From positions 4,898,001-4,962,000 of the forward strand of contig OZ024755.1 in the NCBI GenBank assembly GCA_964016885.1: a DNA stretch of 64,000 nt, given 5' to 3'. Positions 37,411-51,310 of this stretch are shown here, in pieces (within the stretch, counting starts at the first letter, position 1; every line of letters begins with the position of its first letter). The DNA comes from Eledone cirrhosa. Lineage: Eukaryota. The position numbers were made by a program, and so were the translations under genes. The notes beneath the pieces are model-generated. The model ran no database searches, was not told where the DNA came from, and saw only the letters and a list, made by a program, of their open reading frames with translations.

Positions 37411-38009
37411 AATTCTTAACCTTAAGCTGACTACCAATCCCTTATACTTAGTTCATACTTAAACACTAAACAACAATATAATGACATAAAATAGTTTTGT
37501 GAAATGCAATGTCAAGGTTGAATGTTTTAGTCTCTTTCTTCACTTACCTTCCTCACCCTTGATGGTGTCTGTGCTGTTGTAAATTAACAGCAAATGTAGG
37601 TTAAGCTTTCATATGCTTTTGGTGTTCTATCCAACAGCGTTGATAGCTTGAGAGAGAGAGAGGGAGAGAGAGCACTTCTTTTAGAATAGAGACAACCAGC
37701 TAGTTGACTGATGATTTATTCTATGTCTTACACTACAATGTGAAGAGATTTTATAACTTGTAATTCATTAATGTTACATTGATTGAGAATATTTCCTTCA
37801 ACAAAAGACCCCACATCTGGAGAGAAGCTCGTTATGTCTACATATATATTCTTTGTTTCAGTTTAGTATAAGTTTTTGATAATTTCCCATCAAACAAGTG
37901 TATCATCAACTTGTGGTATTTTAGACACTGCAATAATAGAAACTGTCACGATCCCTCATAGGTAGGTGAGATTTATTAAATGAGGTGAAGGAATCGATTG
38001 AGAAGATCT

Positions 38010-38225
38010 CAGACCTCATTCACTTACTGCTTACCCAGTGGGTTAAAACTCAACAAATCAGACCAAGGAAATAATGTTTCCATTCGTCTTTCCAATGCTG
38101 ATATTATCTACCAGTTGCAACTCCTAGCAGAAAGAGCAACATGAAATAAAGTGTCTTACTCAAGGACATAATGCATTACCTGTTCTGGGAATCGAACTCA
38201 CAATCTCACGATTGTGAATCCAATT
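38010..38225 (-). mobile_element. tRNA-derived SINE (third family)
   Basis: Homologous to 52930-53160 and 60297-60395. B-box GAGTTCGATTCC on the minus strand. Confidence 0.75.
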
Positions 38226-38759
38226 CTCTAATCACTAAGCCACAAAACACCAGACAGCTCAATATGTCTTTCCCTTGTTCTCCAAGCATATATGAACTAT
38301 TTACCAAATCTACCATCTCTCTCTCTCCCTTTGCTACTCAGTAGGATATCTAATACAACTAAGGATATCTAATGCAACTAACCAACTGTATGGGTCTCAT
38401 TGGTCTCAGCAGACCCTGAACATGGGGCTCCTTTGCTACTCAGTGTGATACCTAAGGATATCTAATGCAACTAACAAACTTTATGGGTCTCATTGCTCTC
38501 AGAAGGCCCCGAACACAGGTCCCCTTTCTCAAAACCAAAACTATAGAAAGAAATTTTAAGTTATATAAAAAAATTCCTCATCATGTTCAACTTAATCATA
38601 TCACAAATTAAAGGTAAACATTCTAGGAATTATTGACATCTACAGTACACATGTGAGAACATTTTTAAAATAACCAAAATAAAGCCTGAATATTTTAAGC
38701 TGCTACAAGCATAAGCATAACCACTAAGGGATTATTAAATAATGTGGCAGCTATATTCC

Positions 38760-39280
38760 AGTGTAAGGTGTGTATGGTGGTGGTGAAGGTACAGATGGAG
38801 AAGTTGTTGAGCTGAATCTTGGGAATGGTGTAATGGTGGAAGGTTTAAAAATGTTTTGTTACCCTGGAGAGAAGGTGGATTGGATTTGGCAACAGTGGTT
38901 AGAGTGGAATGTGCTTGGAAGAAGTTTCAATAACTGAGAGGCATGCTAATGAGGAAAGGAATGTTACTGAAACTGAAGAAAAGGGTGTATGCTACATGTG
39001 TGAAAAGTGGCAGGATTTATGGGTGATGAATGTGGCGGAACAGAAAAGCCTGGAAAGAACGGAAATGAGAAGGATTTGGTGGATGAGTGGAATATTGATG
39101 AGAGAGAGGAAGAGAAAGACAATGAATTGCAGAGGATGATGGGAATGGAGCCAATAATAAAATGTCGTGAAGAGAATTGGAATACAATGGTTGGGTCATG
39201 TGCTGAGGAAGGATAAAATTGGGTGAGTGAGTGATGGAAATGAATGTCCAGATAAGGGGTGGACCAAAAAGACACAATTA
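38760..39280 (+). mobile_element. Degenerate RTE LINE coding relic
   Basis: AWKKF-like and SLERTEMRRIWWMSGI motifs with multiple frameshifts. Confidence 0.7.
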
Positions 39281-40265
39281 ATGCTAATTGTTTGTAAAAT
39301 AGGGATGAAACATATTCCCAGGTATATACAGTAATTTATACCAACCCACATGAAACAGTCCTCGGTTCTGTGAAACAAACCTGTTCATTTTTAAATGTTT
39401 ATATTTATCTAAAAACCTTTCATCATAATTTTATGTAAGAACCTTTAAGTCATGTTCCAAACACCATAAACAGTGTATTTTGTTAGAAATATGGTAATGA
39501 AACAGTTAAAGTGTTTACATTTATCTAAAACCCTTCCATCGTAATTTTATGTAACAACCTTTGTTAAGGTTTGTTCCAAACGTTATATAGAAAGCTTTAT
39601 CACCAAAACCCTTCTAATTCTTTGTTAGTTTTACCCTGATTTGTAAATTGTAGGCAGTCTTTCATTAGAAATGTGGTAGGGTTAAAATATCTTGGTTTAC
39701 TCCAATCAACTATACTAACACCCACTTTACTATTAAGTTTTCAAGCAGCAGGAGTTCGTCAGTAGTTTTCTATAGTTAATCTATAAAAGACGTAACTTGT
39801 GGTGCTACCTACCATTTCTGCCTACTAGCAGCTCTTATTGATCTATATTAATCAATATTTTAACCAATATAAATCAATTATATCTAATTGAACCATATCT
39901 ACAATTATAGATCTCTTATATTCAGCTTATCAATGTTGTACATTTTTTAAGAGCAGCATCAGTTACTTATTCTGTTTAGGTTTTTTTTTTTTGTGTTTCT
40001 ATTTTCTTGTTGTTTTTATGGGTTAAATATATACAGATATAATTGAACTTGTTGCTACTGCACATCTTAGCAAAGGTTATGTAGAGTAGTTTATTTTATT
40101 TTATTATTTTTTAGTTTCCATTTGAATAGAATTATTTATTTTTTTTAAATGACATTTACATTTTCTAAGGGAAAATTATTTCGAAAATTGAACCAATTTT
40201 CGTAACTATCATAAATGAGGAAGGTTTGATATTTGGCTGGCTTATTTTGTAAATTGAAGTTTTTA

Positions 40266-40340
<75 letters not shown>

Positions 40341-40903
40341 GTCCATAGAATCATTAGATAAAATATATACAGTATTTCTTCTTCCAATCAGCATAAATCA
40401 ACCACACAAAAAAAAATAATTTAAACGAGGCTATAAGTTTAAAATATACTTATGAAGAAACAATAGATAAATGATATAGCTTTTTATCCACGACTCACAG
40501 CTACAGAGAATTTACCTAGTATTTCTGATAGCCTGTAGAAATTGACTAGACATATAGTTAACCATACATAATTAGGTACAAAATTAAAGTTAGAAGAAAT
40601 ATATATATATATTAATGTGATGTTCATGAATTGGATATTGTGAGTGTAATAAATTGGGTGTTGTGTGTGTTTGTTTGGATTTACAAACCAGAGAAAATGT
40701 TTTGTAAGCAGATTTCTGTAAAAAGAAAGTTTCCACAATTGTTGCCTGCATTGCATCCAATTCCACCCCATTAAAGCTGTTTAAAGGGTGGATGAACTCC
40801 TCAGAGTCAATGGCCATCTACCTCCAACTATGGGTTAAATATCTCCTTAATAAAACCCTCTCTGCCTCTCTCCCTCCCTTCTCTCTCTTTCTTATACAAT
40901 AAT

Positions 40904-40995
40904 TGTTTCTATTTTTGACACAAGGCCAGCAAATACTCAGTATATTACTGGTACTTTATATTATCGACCCCGTAAGGATGAAAGGCAAAGTTAAC
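40904..40995 (-). mobile_element. 5'-truncated SINE with 17-bp TSD
   Basis: CTTTCTTATACAATAAT at 40887-40903 and 40996-41012. Confidence 0.9.
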
Positions 40996-41389
40996 CTTTC
41001 TTATACAATAATGTAATAACAACAACAACAAAATAAAGCTGTAATTGACATCAATAAATTAATACCTTGTTAATGGGGGAAAAAAACTATAAAAATATCC
41101 ACAAAAACAAAACAAGGTCCCAGCTGCTTTTATTTAAAAAAGTAATTAGTTTGATAGTCTTAGTGATGCATTATAAAGGTAATAAAGGTAGATTAGTAGA
41201 TAGGTTGTATAATAGGAGATAAAGTTAAAGATGGAATAAATGTAAGCAGGAATAATTAACTGTAATTGATTAGAGTTTGTTGTGGTAGGATGGGAGACAA
41301 GCTGTAATCCCCCACCCCAATACACTTTAAATGCTATTAAACTAGACTAAGACTAGACTAGACTTACTAGCTGACTTTTTCTATAAAGT

Positions 41390-41590
41390 GATTACTCGGG
41401 GATTGTCTGGCCACTTCCTCTTCGCACTGGTCACCGTCGAGACCTCAGGCATACTTGGACCTCATTACAGTCGAGCTCCTTCACAAGATCAGAACGTCGG
41501 TGGCTCGTCTGAAGAAGGAGCTCCAGAAGGTGGGGTGGCCATTGTCTGCGGGAATGCCTTTGCAGTTTTGTCCGTGCTCCTCCTCAGACC
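41390..41590 (+). mobile_element. CRE-like retrotransposon REL-domain relic
   Basis: FLFALVTVETSGILGP...AIVCGNAFAVL. Reverse homologue of 11270-11490. Confidence 0.75.
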
Positions 41591-42145
41591 ATTGACCAAT
41601 GACAGTTCCCCTCCACCTCCCATAGTTACAAGTGTTGTGTCCACACAGCACTTGTTAATTATAGATGCACACAAGTAACAGCACTTTGCTCTATTAATAA
41701 ATGCTTTAATGTTACTTTAGTTCATCCTCTTCATTCCTTGTGCTGTCCTCTAATTAATCCCCCCCTCCCCCTAGCCAACAACCAATCATGTAGTCGCCTT
41801 ACTCCTTTCTTGACCATCCCATCACTTTGTCTCCCTTCCCACTCTCGTCTGGGCCCCAACTATAACAATTACAAAGAAAAAACAAAATAGAAATCAAATC
41901 TGACTAAAGATTTATTACTCTTAGTAAATATTGGTTCACACAACCTCTGCCGTTTGCTTTACTAATAATATTGAAACCCCCTTCAAGTAAATGTTTCGAC
42001 CCTTTAGAAGTTAAGGGCTGAAATACTTGTTTGAATGTGAGGAGGGTTTCTTCTTTGAAGACCTTCTGCTGTCCAGCTCTCCTGAGACTTTCTTACCACT
42101 TGAAATCCATTAATTTGAAATACAAAAAAAAACTCTTTTTTTTTA

Positions 42146-42270
42146 AATATTTTGGTATTGAATATAATAATATTTTAATATTTTGGTATTGCATATAATA
42201 ATATTTTAATATTTTGGTATTGCATATAATAATATTTTAATATTTTGGTATTGAATATAATAATATTTTT
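42146..42270. repeat. 31-bp tandem repeat (4 copies) just upstream of the exon 2 acceptor
   Basis: Unit AATATTTTGGTATTG(A/C)ATATAATAATATTTT. Confidence 0.9.
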
Positions 42271-42291
42271 TAAATCTTTGTCTTTTTGCAG

Positions 42292-42475
42292 ATATTCGAC
42301 AACAGTTAAATGAACAGTTAAAATGTTTGGAGTATAGACTGGACACTGAAGTGGCCATAGTTCTGGAAATGGAGGATTTTTTTAAGAAGATCTCAGAAAT
42401 AGAAAGTGAATATGGTAAAAATTTGGAGAGACTAGTCAGACAAATTAATACAAAGCATAAAACTGAAAAACAGAA
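42292..42475 (+). CDS. SRGAP: srGAP exon 2 (FCH/F-BAR start)
   Basis: TTTTTGCAG|...AA|GTAAGT. (D)IRQQLNEQLKCLEYRLDTEVAIVLEMEDFFKKISEIESEYGKNLERL resembles the srGAP EIRxQLxEQxKCL motif. Phase 1 to 2. Confidence 0.95.
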
Positions 42476-42687
42476 GTAAGTAACCTTTTATTTTTATTTA
42501 ATTTCTAAAGGGTGGTGGACTACCAGTGGAATCAGTAGAGCGTTGGACAACATGCTTTGCTTTTCAGCTTTTTATGTCTCTCTCACACACTCTCACCCAC
42601 ACACCCTCACCCACACAGTCTCACCTCTTGCTAGACAACACATCCAATACAGTTGTTTTCTCTTTTATCCTTCTTCTCTTAACTATT

Positions 42688-42717
42688 CTCCCAGGCAAAG
42701 CCGGGTACCTCAGCTAG
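42688..42717 (+). mobile_element. Helitron-like 3' terminus
   Basis: Imperfect hairpin CCCAGGC-AAA-GCCGGG followed by CTAG|T. No 5' end identified. Confidence 0.5.
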
Positions 42718-44324
42718 TATTTATATATATTTATCATTTGATATTTAATATATTATTATATCATCTGTACCACCCCTCCTAGCACCCCCTGGACTTTCTC
42801 AATGTCCCCCAGGGGTAGTAGCACCCACTTTGAGAACCTCTGTTCTAATGAAACACATTGCTTATGATTGTCTTCTACACTCTGTCTGGTGGAAGATTTG
42901 TTTCTTCACTGATTTCAAATGCTTTCATTGCTACCCACCATCAGTAGCAACGATTAATTGTAATCAAAGTAAAGAATTGGTTTACTGAATAACCATCATC
43001 ACCATCATCATCACCATCATCATCACCACCATCATCACCATCACCATCACCACCATCATCATCACCACCGCCATCATCATCTGATAAATAGCATTTTCTC
43101 TGGTTTCCTACAAAATAATGTAATTTGTTAAGAATACCCCCAGAAGAGCTGAAGGTAGATAGGTTAAGAATATTATATTACTGTTTGATTGAGAGAGGGG
43201 GGGGAGGGTAGAGAGAGAGATGGGGAGGGAGAGACATTCAGAGAGAGGGGGAGAATAAGGGGAAGGAAAGAGAGGGGAAAATAGAATGAAATAAAGAAAT
43301 TGAGAGATAGGGGGTGGGGGAGAGCATTGGAAATCAAAACAGATATTTAACTCTTTAAGTTGATTCCAAAGACCAAAAAGATGTTGAATAATAGAAAATA
43401 AAACAGAAAATTTAACATCAGAAAATAATCGTAGAATATTACCAATAAGATTTCATTCATTTATTTTTATTATTTCTTTTGTTGCCTGTTATCTCAAATT
43501 TTCTCTTTAAAATGAAGAAATATTACTCTCATCCCTGTTGCCTTCCAACCCCCTTTTCTTTTCAATTAATATTGCTTAAATTCCTCAAAATGACTGCAAC
43601 CTGTAATCAACCTGTTATAATACACAAATAAAGGATCTTAGATTAATTTGATGCCGTGAAACTAATACTTAACAAAAATCTTTCATGTTTTACCTTATAA
43701 TTTTTGGGGGGTTTTCTTCTTTTCAAGAAAAATATATTTCTTGTTAGTTTTTCTTCACTCTTTTCTTTCCCCATTATCTATTTTATCAGATTTTCTATAT
43801 TTTCCTTTTTATTATCTTCCCTCACTATCCATTCTTTTATTTCTTTATAATTACCGTAATTCTTTTTCCAAATTTTCTCCATTTGGTTTTTTCACATCTT
43901 TTCTTCTTATTGTTCATTTTTCTCACCTACCTACTTACATCTTTCATTATTTTTTTCTTATTTATCTTGTTATTCCCACCCTCACTATTTCCATCTCACT
44001 GACATCTTCACCCCACACACCACAACCCCCCCCCCTCTTTCTGATCTATGATCTTATCTATCTCTTTTCTCACCTACCTACTTCTTTCTCATTTATCTTC
44101 TGTTTGCTCCCCACCCTTGTTATTTCCATCTTACCGACACCTCCCCACTCCTTTTTCTGATCTATTCTATCCTATCCTATCTAATTCTTCCAAAACAACA
44201 TTGTTGTTGTTGTTACTGCTGTCTGCTTGCTGCATTCGATTATAAACTGTTATTTTTCTAACAAGCTGATTCACTGTGAAAATCGTCATTCCACTGCATA
44301 TAAAAATCAATAAAGAATTTACAG

Positions 44325-45030
44325 CTATATAGTATTGTTATATATTGTAGATATAAACTGGTATAGGTTGGTGGGTGTTGTGTACTTCTATAGTATACAG
44401 CTAAATAATATTGTAGATATAAACTGGTATACTGGTATATGTTGGTAGATGATGTGTACTTCTATACTATACAGCTAAATACTAGTGTTATAATATTGTA
44501 GATATAAACTGGTATGCTGGTATATGTTGGTAGATGATGTGTACTTCTATACTATACTGCTAAATACTAGTGTTATAATATTGTAGATATAAACTGGTAT
44601 GCTGGTATATGTTGGTAGATGATGTGTACTTCTATACTATACAGCTAAATACTAGTGTTATAATATTGTAGATATAAACTGGTATGCTGGTATATGTTGG
44701 TAGATGATGTGTACTTCTATACTATACAGCTAAATACTAGTGTTATAATATTGTAGATATAAACTGGTATGCTGGTATATGTTGGTAGATGATGTGTACT
44801 TCTATACTATACAGCTAAATACTAGTGTTATAATATTGTAGATATAAACTGGTATAGGTTGGTAGGTGTTGTGTACTTCTATAGTATACAGCTAAATAGT
44901 ATTGTCATAATGTAGACATTGACTGGTATACTGATATAGGTTGGTAGATGTGTACTTCTAAAGGATATATCATAGCTAAATAGTAGTGTTATAATGTAGA
45001 CATTGACTGGTATAGTTTGGTATGTGTACT
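44325..45030. repeat. 85-bp minisatellite
   Basis: ACTAGTGTTA at 44481, 44566, 44651. Edges are degenerate. Confidence 0.93.
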
Positions 45031-47254
45031 TATATAAAGGATAGATCTTAGACACAGAAATAGTTAAAAGAACATTTTAAAAGAATAGAGAGAGAAGAGG
45101 CTTGTAAATGTAACAAATCAGAGCAAGATAGACATAAATATTGATGAGTCACTTTTAAGGCGGATCTTTTGAAATAAAAGAAATTGTTGTAAAGTTTGTT
45201 ATTATTCATGGTTTTCTTTCATCTAACCAAGCGAATAAATCACAACAATGTATCTATTAGGCTTAATAATAGTCACAGCAACAATAACAATAACAGCCAC
45301 AATAACAGAAACAACAATAATAATAACAACAACAATATAGTATCTATTAAACTTAATAACAACCACAATAACAGCATCAATAATAATTCATCATCATCAT
45401 TGTTACGTCCATTTTTCCATGCATGGAAGCATGGGTTGGATATGCTACAAATTTCCACAATGATCTGTGCACTAGTAAAGATACTATAAAACATTTGAAT
45501 TGACAAACGTTTTTAGATATTTTCAGTCAAGGTATTACAGGATGTTAAGAAAATGGGTGGTTTTGTTTCATAGAACCGGAGCTGGTTTGGGGTGGGGTTG
45601 GTATTAAAAGGGTTAAATGTATTTTGGTTTAGCTCTTTAAAATTATTGTTTCCCTGAAATGTTTATGTTTAGGGCAGAGAACAGATAAATAATAATAAGC
45701 AGCTGTTGCAATGAAGTTCAGCTTAGTTTTTAGAACAAATTTTCTGTCTGAAAAAGTTGTGCCTGCTTACATTTTAATACTTTGTTTTATACTTCAAATC
45801 TCCTGTGGTTCTGTGCAAGTGTGTGCATGTTAATTTAAAGGGGGGGGGGATATTCTTTTGAAGCCATTAAATATATATGTGTGTATCTATTGAACAATGA
45901 AAATAAAACAAAAGTCAGAGGTAGGTTCTTAATTAGTTCATTGTTTTACAATCGTTCCAGAGACTTGATTGATCATCATAGATCGATATATCGACTAGCA
46001 GGTAGTGGTTACATTGCTACCTGTTTCTAGTCTCAAAATCCCTGATCAATCCAAACATCTTCATCAGAAGAGAGTGAGTGTGTGTGTGAAAGAGAGGTGG
46101 ATAGTTTATGATGACAGACTTTCAAAAAAGACTTAAGTACAAGTCTGCCAACACTTTTGTGTCTATGGTGTCAACACTCTACCTCTTATCTATCTTTCAT
46201 ACACACACACACACACTCTCTCTCTCACTCTCACTGTATTTCTCTTTCAACAACAACTTTTCCCTCTCCTACATATATTTGTGAAAAGTTGTGTTGTTGA
46301 GAGAGAGTGTGTGTGTGTGTGTGTGAAAGAAATACAGTGAGTATGTTTGTGTGAGAGAGAGAGGGAGAGATAGTTTAAGGCTTAATTCACAATAAAACAA
46401 AGGTACTACATAATTAACAAATATTTTTACCTGAGGGGGTTTTTAATTAGTTACTATTAATTAATTCTAATTACTTGTTGATCATATCTCAACAAACAGA
46501 TGAGGCTTTAATTCAGTTTCAATATCTGAAACTTACTTCACTCATCTGACATAGAAGTCAGCTATCTTCAATTTATAAATTTACTGTCCTTATCACTTCA
46601 AATCAACCCACCACCACCACCATCACCAGCTGTTCCATGGCACACAATAAGTTATTTTTGTCTACAAAATTCATAAATATATTCCTACTCTTTATCTTAT
46701 TTTATTATCAGAGAGCATTGACTGGTTTATGACAACCTACCCAACCCTTGATAGTGGACGGGGGTGGGGGGAACAGATGTTAGATGATGATAATAATGTT
46801 GATGATGATAACTGCTGCTCCTTACAATTGTTATTTTGTAATCAATAAAAAATAAATATTTTTTTAAAACCTTACCTTTCACTTCTATTGCATTCCCATT
46901 AATAACCACACTTCCTAAATTGATTAATAGTCATTTTTTTTTTTTACTAAAGTATTGATCTGTCAGAAATATCACATCTCACCCTCAACATTTTCTACTA
47001 AGCCGGTTTCTAACTATTGAATTATTTGATATGTCACTAAGGGACCATAAGATCTTCATTTAACCCTTTTTATCCCAACCTGCCCTAAACCAGCTCTGGT
47101 TCTATGAACCAGAACTATTAAAGAGTTCCTATTTAAATTAAAATCTTCCAGCATGATTTTATATATGAACCAAATGTTAAGTTACTATCTTAGTAATGAA
47201 ATAATTAATAATTTTAGTAAATCTCTCAAAATCCTTCATTAATTAATTGAAATA

Positions 47255-47551
47255 TAGTGGAACCTTGGTTCATGAACTTAATTCATTCTTGAAAGCTGTT
47301 TGTCTCCTGAAATATTCGTAAACTGAAACTATTTTTCCCATCTGAAATATTGAGAGAGAAATACAGTGAGAGAGGGGGGGAGAGAGAGAGAGAGCGAGAA
47401 GGAGAGAGAGTGAGAGACTGTGTGAAAGATAGATAGATATCACCATAGTAACTAACTACACAAGTGATGCTTTCCTGCCAATATTCCAGTCTTGTTGCCA
47501 ACCGTTGTTGCCGGATTCCATGTTTGTTACTCAAGACATCATTCATGAACC
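47255..47551 (-). mobile_element. Tigger/pogo-like MITE, partial reverse copy of 58639-58928
   Basis: TAGTGGAACCTTGGTTCATGAACTTAATTC terminus and shared internal sequence. Confidence 0.7.
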
Positions 47552-47594
47552 AAGACATTTTATATTTGTCAGGTTGATACCGGGGGGGGGGGGG

Positions 47595-47790
47595 GGGGGC
47601 ACGGAGAAAGTTCCAGGGGCCAGTAGTTTTGGATAGGATGAGTAGGCTGTGTTTTGTGATAAATTTAGGCAGGGGATTGGATAAAACAAAGATGCCAAAA
47701 TAGGAGGGGACTCCATGGGTGTATTCTGTGAACTTAGATAAAGGTGATATACAACTTGCTAGTTCAGAGGGAGTGGAAGTTATTGTATAA
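47595..47790 (-). mobile_element. CR1/L2-group LINE 3' coding relic
   Basis: PSELASCISPL...SKTTGPWNFL resembles the CSxELxxxIP...RTxxLWNxLP terminus. Confidence 0.55.
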
Positions 47791-47984
47791 ATAAAAGAAC
47801 AGTGCAATATTACACACAAACACACACACACACACACATATATATAAAGATTTGTAATTTCCTATTTTACTAACATGCCAAAATGGTTCAGACTTAGTGT
47901 AAAACAGGAACAGAAAGAAGACAATGAATTATACATAGGTTCTGTTTATATAATCCTACATACCTTTAGTGAGTATATATATAC

Positions 47985-48081
47985 TACTGTAAGAACATAT
48001 ATTTAGTCTGTGTTTATACATACATAAATACATACCTTTAGTATGTGTGTACACTACTATTTACTTAGTCTGTGTTTATAC

Positions 48082-48138
<57 letters not shown>

Positions 48139-48700
48139 CATACCTTTGGTGTATATATATATACACTGTAAGAACATATACTTAATTTCTGTTTATACAT
48201 ACATATATATATATATATATATACATTTGTTGTGTGTATATATATACACTTTGAGAACATATACTTAATTTCTGTTTATACATATATATATATACATTTG
48301 TTGTATATATATATACACTTTGAGAACATACACTTAATTTCTGTTTATACATACATATATATATATACATTTGTTGTATATATATACACTTTGAGAACAT
48401 ATACTTAATTTCTGTTTATACATACATATATATATATATATATACATTTGTTGTGTATATATATATATATATAGACTTTGAGAACATATACTTAATTTGT
48501 GTTTATACATACATATATATATATACATTTGTTGTGTATATATATATATAGACTTTGAGAACATATACTTAGTTTGTGTTTATTCATATATATATACATA
48601 CATACATTTGTTGTGTATGTATATACACTGTAAGAACATGTACTTAGTCTGTGTTTATACATACATATATATATATATACTACTACAAGAACATATACTT
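47985..48700. repeat. ~75-90-bp tandem units with embedded variable (TA)n
   Basis: Recurrent GAGAACATATACTTAATTTCTGTTTATACATACA...CATTTGTTG. Confidence 0.9.
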
Positions 48701-48972
48701 TTTAAAAGCTTACTTGTGTTAAAATAAAACTTCTATAATAGGTAATTACACAAGTGTTCCTGCCATGACCATCTGGTCAATTTAATATATATGAAAAAAA
48801 TATAACATTTATTATAATATAAACATTGTATAATATATTTATAAATTATACAAATATATTTTCTTTTGTTTTATATTCATCATCATCATCGTTTAACGTC
48901 CATTTTCCACACTAGTATATTAAAATTAAAACAATGTTGTCTCCAATCGAGACAAAGCAAGTGTGTATTTGA

Positions 48973-49221
48973 ATACATATAAAAATGAGAAAACTCACCA
49001 CTAGAACAGCGGTCAAAGCAGCCAAATGCCCGTCAAGGGCAGCAATGGGCAAAAATGCCTCGGAGGACAGAGACCAGTCGCCAGTGGTCAACAGAGAGAC
49101 AATCCACAAGGTGGATGACGGGCAGGATGAAATATCGCCTTGTGGATTGTCTCACTGCCAACCGTTGGTTTCTGTCTATGATGGCTGTCCTAGCAGTGAG
49201 TTTTCTCATTTTTGTATGTAT
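48973..49221. mobile_element. Imperfect ~250-bp fold-back (MITE-like) in srGAP intron 2
   Basis: Outer arms ATACATATAAAAATGAGAAAACTCAC / GTGAGTTTTCTCATTTTTGTATGTAT. Perfect 16-bp inner stem 49096-49111 / 49138-49153. Confidence 0.7.
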
Positions 49222-50328
49222 GTTGTGGTTTATCAAAGGCAGCGGACAGACCTTTTATGTTCTGAGTTCCAGAATGTAAAAGGTTAGCTTTGCCTTTCAT
49301 CCTCACGGGGCTTCGATAAAATAAAGTACTAGTAATGTAATGGGGTCGATTTAATTGATTTTCCATTCCCCTAAAATTGTTGGCCTTGTGCCTAATTCAG
49401 AAACCATTATTGTGGTTTATTGAAATGATAATACAAGATAGCTTCACTGAATTCTCACAGCTGGAATATCTTGCTCTTATTTTCTCTTATAGAATTCTTT
49501 GTATATAAAAATATATGTTCTTGTAACTATGGTAATAGTGTATTAACAGAGCTTAATTACATTTCATCATTTACCATTTCCATTTGGGATTTTCATTTTA
49601 TTTTTGGCCTGTTTGTAAAATAGGGCACAACTGAAAGATTTACATGTAATTACCACTATTCCAGATGTTCTTTTATCAAAATAAAACTGAGTCCTGTGAA
49701 GATTTCCAATTTTCCATTGTTATATATCAGAATATGAAGAGTGGTTAAAGCAACATAAAGCTAATATTTTACTCTAAAACACTCTCCTCATTCTTCTTTG
49801 TTTGTCTGTCAGGGCAATGTGATAAACATCCTGCCATTCAATTTAATTTTGTTTTGTCATTCAGCATTTGTCATTTGACAACCTTCCCCACTTCCACACT
49901 ATGTCCATACAAATAAAAACCCTAAGCTCATTATTATATTAATTTTAGATGTAAATTTATTTTTGCAAAACAAGAAAGATTAAGGAATAAAGAATACAGT
50001 TTTTGAAATATGTTAAGAAAAATAGTTTATTCTTTTGATTTACTATCAAACAAATAATGACTGACTTTTATTTTTGATGGAGTCTTGTACTTAAAAAGGT
50101 CAATATAAAAAAAGAGTTGATTTGATTGTTACCTACAAAACTGTGACTTAGTGATCATACTACCAGCTCAGCTGCGAGATTTTCACTGGAAAACCTTTTT
50201 TTTTTAACAATTTCTTTGAACCAGAAACTTATAAATATTAATTCCTTTCAGTAGGACACTATAAGAATTTACAATGAAAATTTACAGATGACAAAAGTTT
50301 GAAATTTGCAATTGTTTATATTTTTCAG

Positions 50329-50494
50329 AAGAGAACATTGGCCATATTTCTCCATGTATACCTGTTGGCAAAATCTACTCAACATCACAAAAAAACAAGG
50401 CCATGACCACAACACACTCAGTGAAATTTGTAACAATCAAATGGTGTCTCGTCTACAAGACATTGTTGAAAATTCCCAGCGTATCTTCAAAAAA
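50329..50494 (+). CDS. SRGAP: srGAP exon 3
   Basis: TTTTTCAG|AAG...AAA|GTGAGT. REHWPYFSMYTCWQNLLNITKKQGHDHNTLSEICNNQMVSRLQDIVENSQRIFKK. Phase 2 to 0. Confidence 0.95.
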
Positions 50495-50531
50495 GTGAGT
50501 TTTCTTTATACATTTCAGTTTTTTTCAAATA

Positions 50532-50726
50532 CCCTATATACTTGAATATAACCTAAGGAATGTCTCCAAAAAATCAGTGGGAAAATGGGGGGGGGTGCTT
50601 ATATTCAGGGTCAATATTTTGATGATTTTTTACCAATTTCAAATTCTACGTAAATAAGATTAGGATTTTTTGCCCATTTCTCAAACATAAAATAGTGGGG
50701 TCAGCTTATATTTGAGTATATACCAG
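50532..50726. mobile_element. Tc2/pogo-type MITE
   Basis: TA-CCCTATATACTTGAATATAA ... TTATATTTGAGTATATACCAG-TA imperfect TIRs with TA flanks. Confidence 0.65.
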
Positions 50727-50811
50727 TACATCAAAAACTGTTTTCTTTTAAATCAAAAATATAAATATTCAGAGGATAGACACAACAGAACTCCATTAAA
50801 TATTTTTTTTT

Positions 50812-50960
50812 AATTTATTTTTATTTTTATTTTTATTTTTATTTTTATTTTTATTTTTATTTTTATTTTTATTTTTATTTTTATTTTTATTTTTATTTTT
50901 ATTTTTATTTTTATTTTTATTTTTATTTTTATTTTTATTTTTATTTTTATTTTTATTTTT
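50812..50960. repeat. (TTTTTA)n microsatellite
   Basis: Directly visible. Confidence 0.97.
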
Positions 50961-51310
50961 GCATAATATTTTTTTCAGTCAAGTGAATTGAATTAATACC
51001 ATTAATGTTGAATTGCCTGGCATCACCAGCAATATATAAATGCCAACAAGGGGGACTATGTAGTTTTACAAATAGTTAGAAATAGCCATATTTCCCGCAA
51101 ATTATACTCTGTCATCTAAACAAAAGTAGGACACATTAGATAAACCCTAACAATATTTTAACCATTGGGCGATTGGTCACTGGTCACTTTAGATATAATC
51201 ATTCTTTTTGTCTTTATTATTAATTTAGTCTAATGTCTTTAAAATTCCTTACGGAACTTATAACAGAAGTCAAAGGCCGAAACACTTACATTGAGTTGTG
51301 TTTCTTCTCT

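Noticed and set aside
37862-37965. Possible cryptic exon in srGAP intron 1 (TTTGTTTCAG...AG|GTAGGT or |GTGAG)
   Set aside because: An immediate stop in the srGAP frame and no homology. It could only be a non-coding or poison exon, which sequence alone cannot support.
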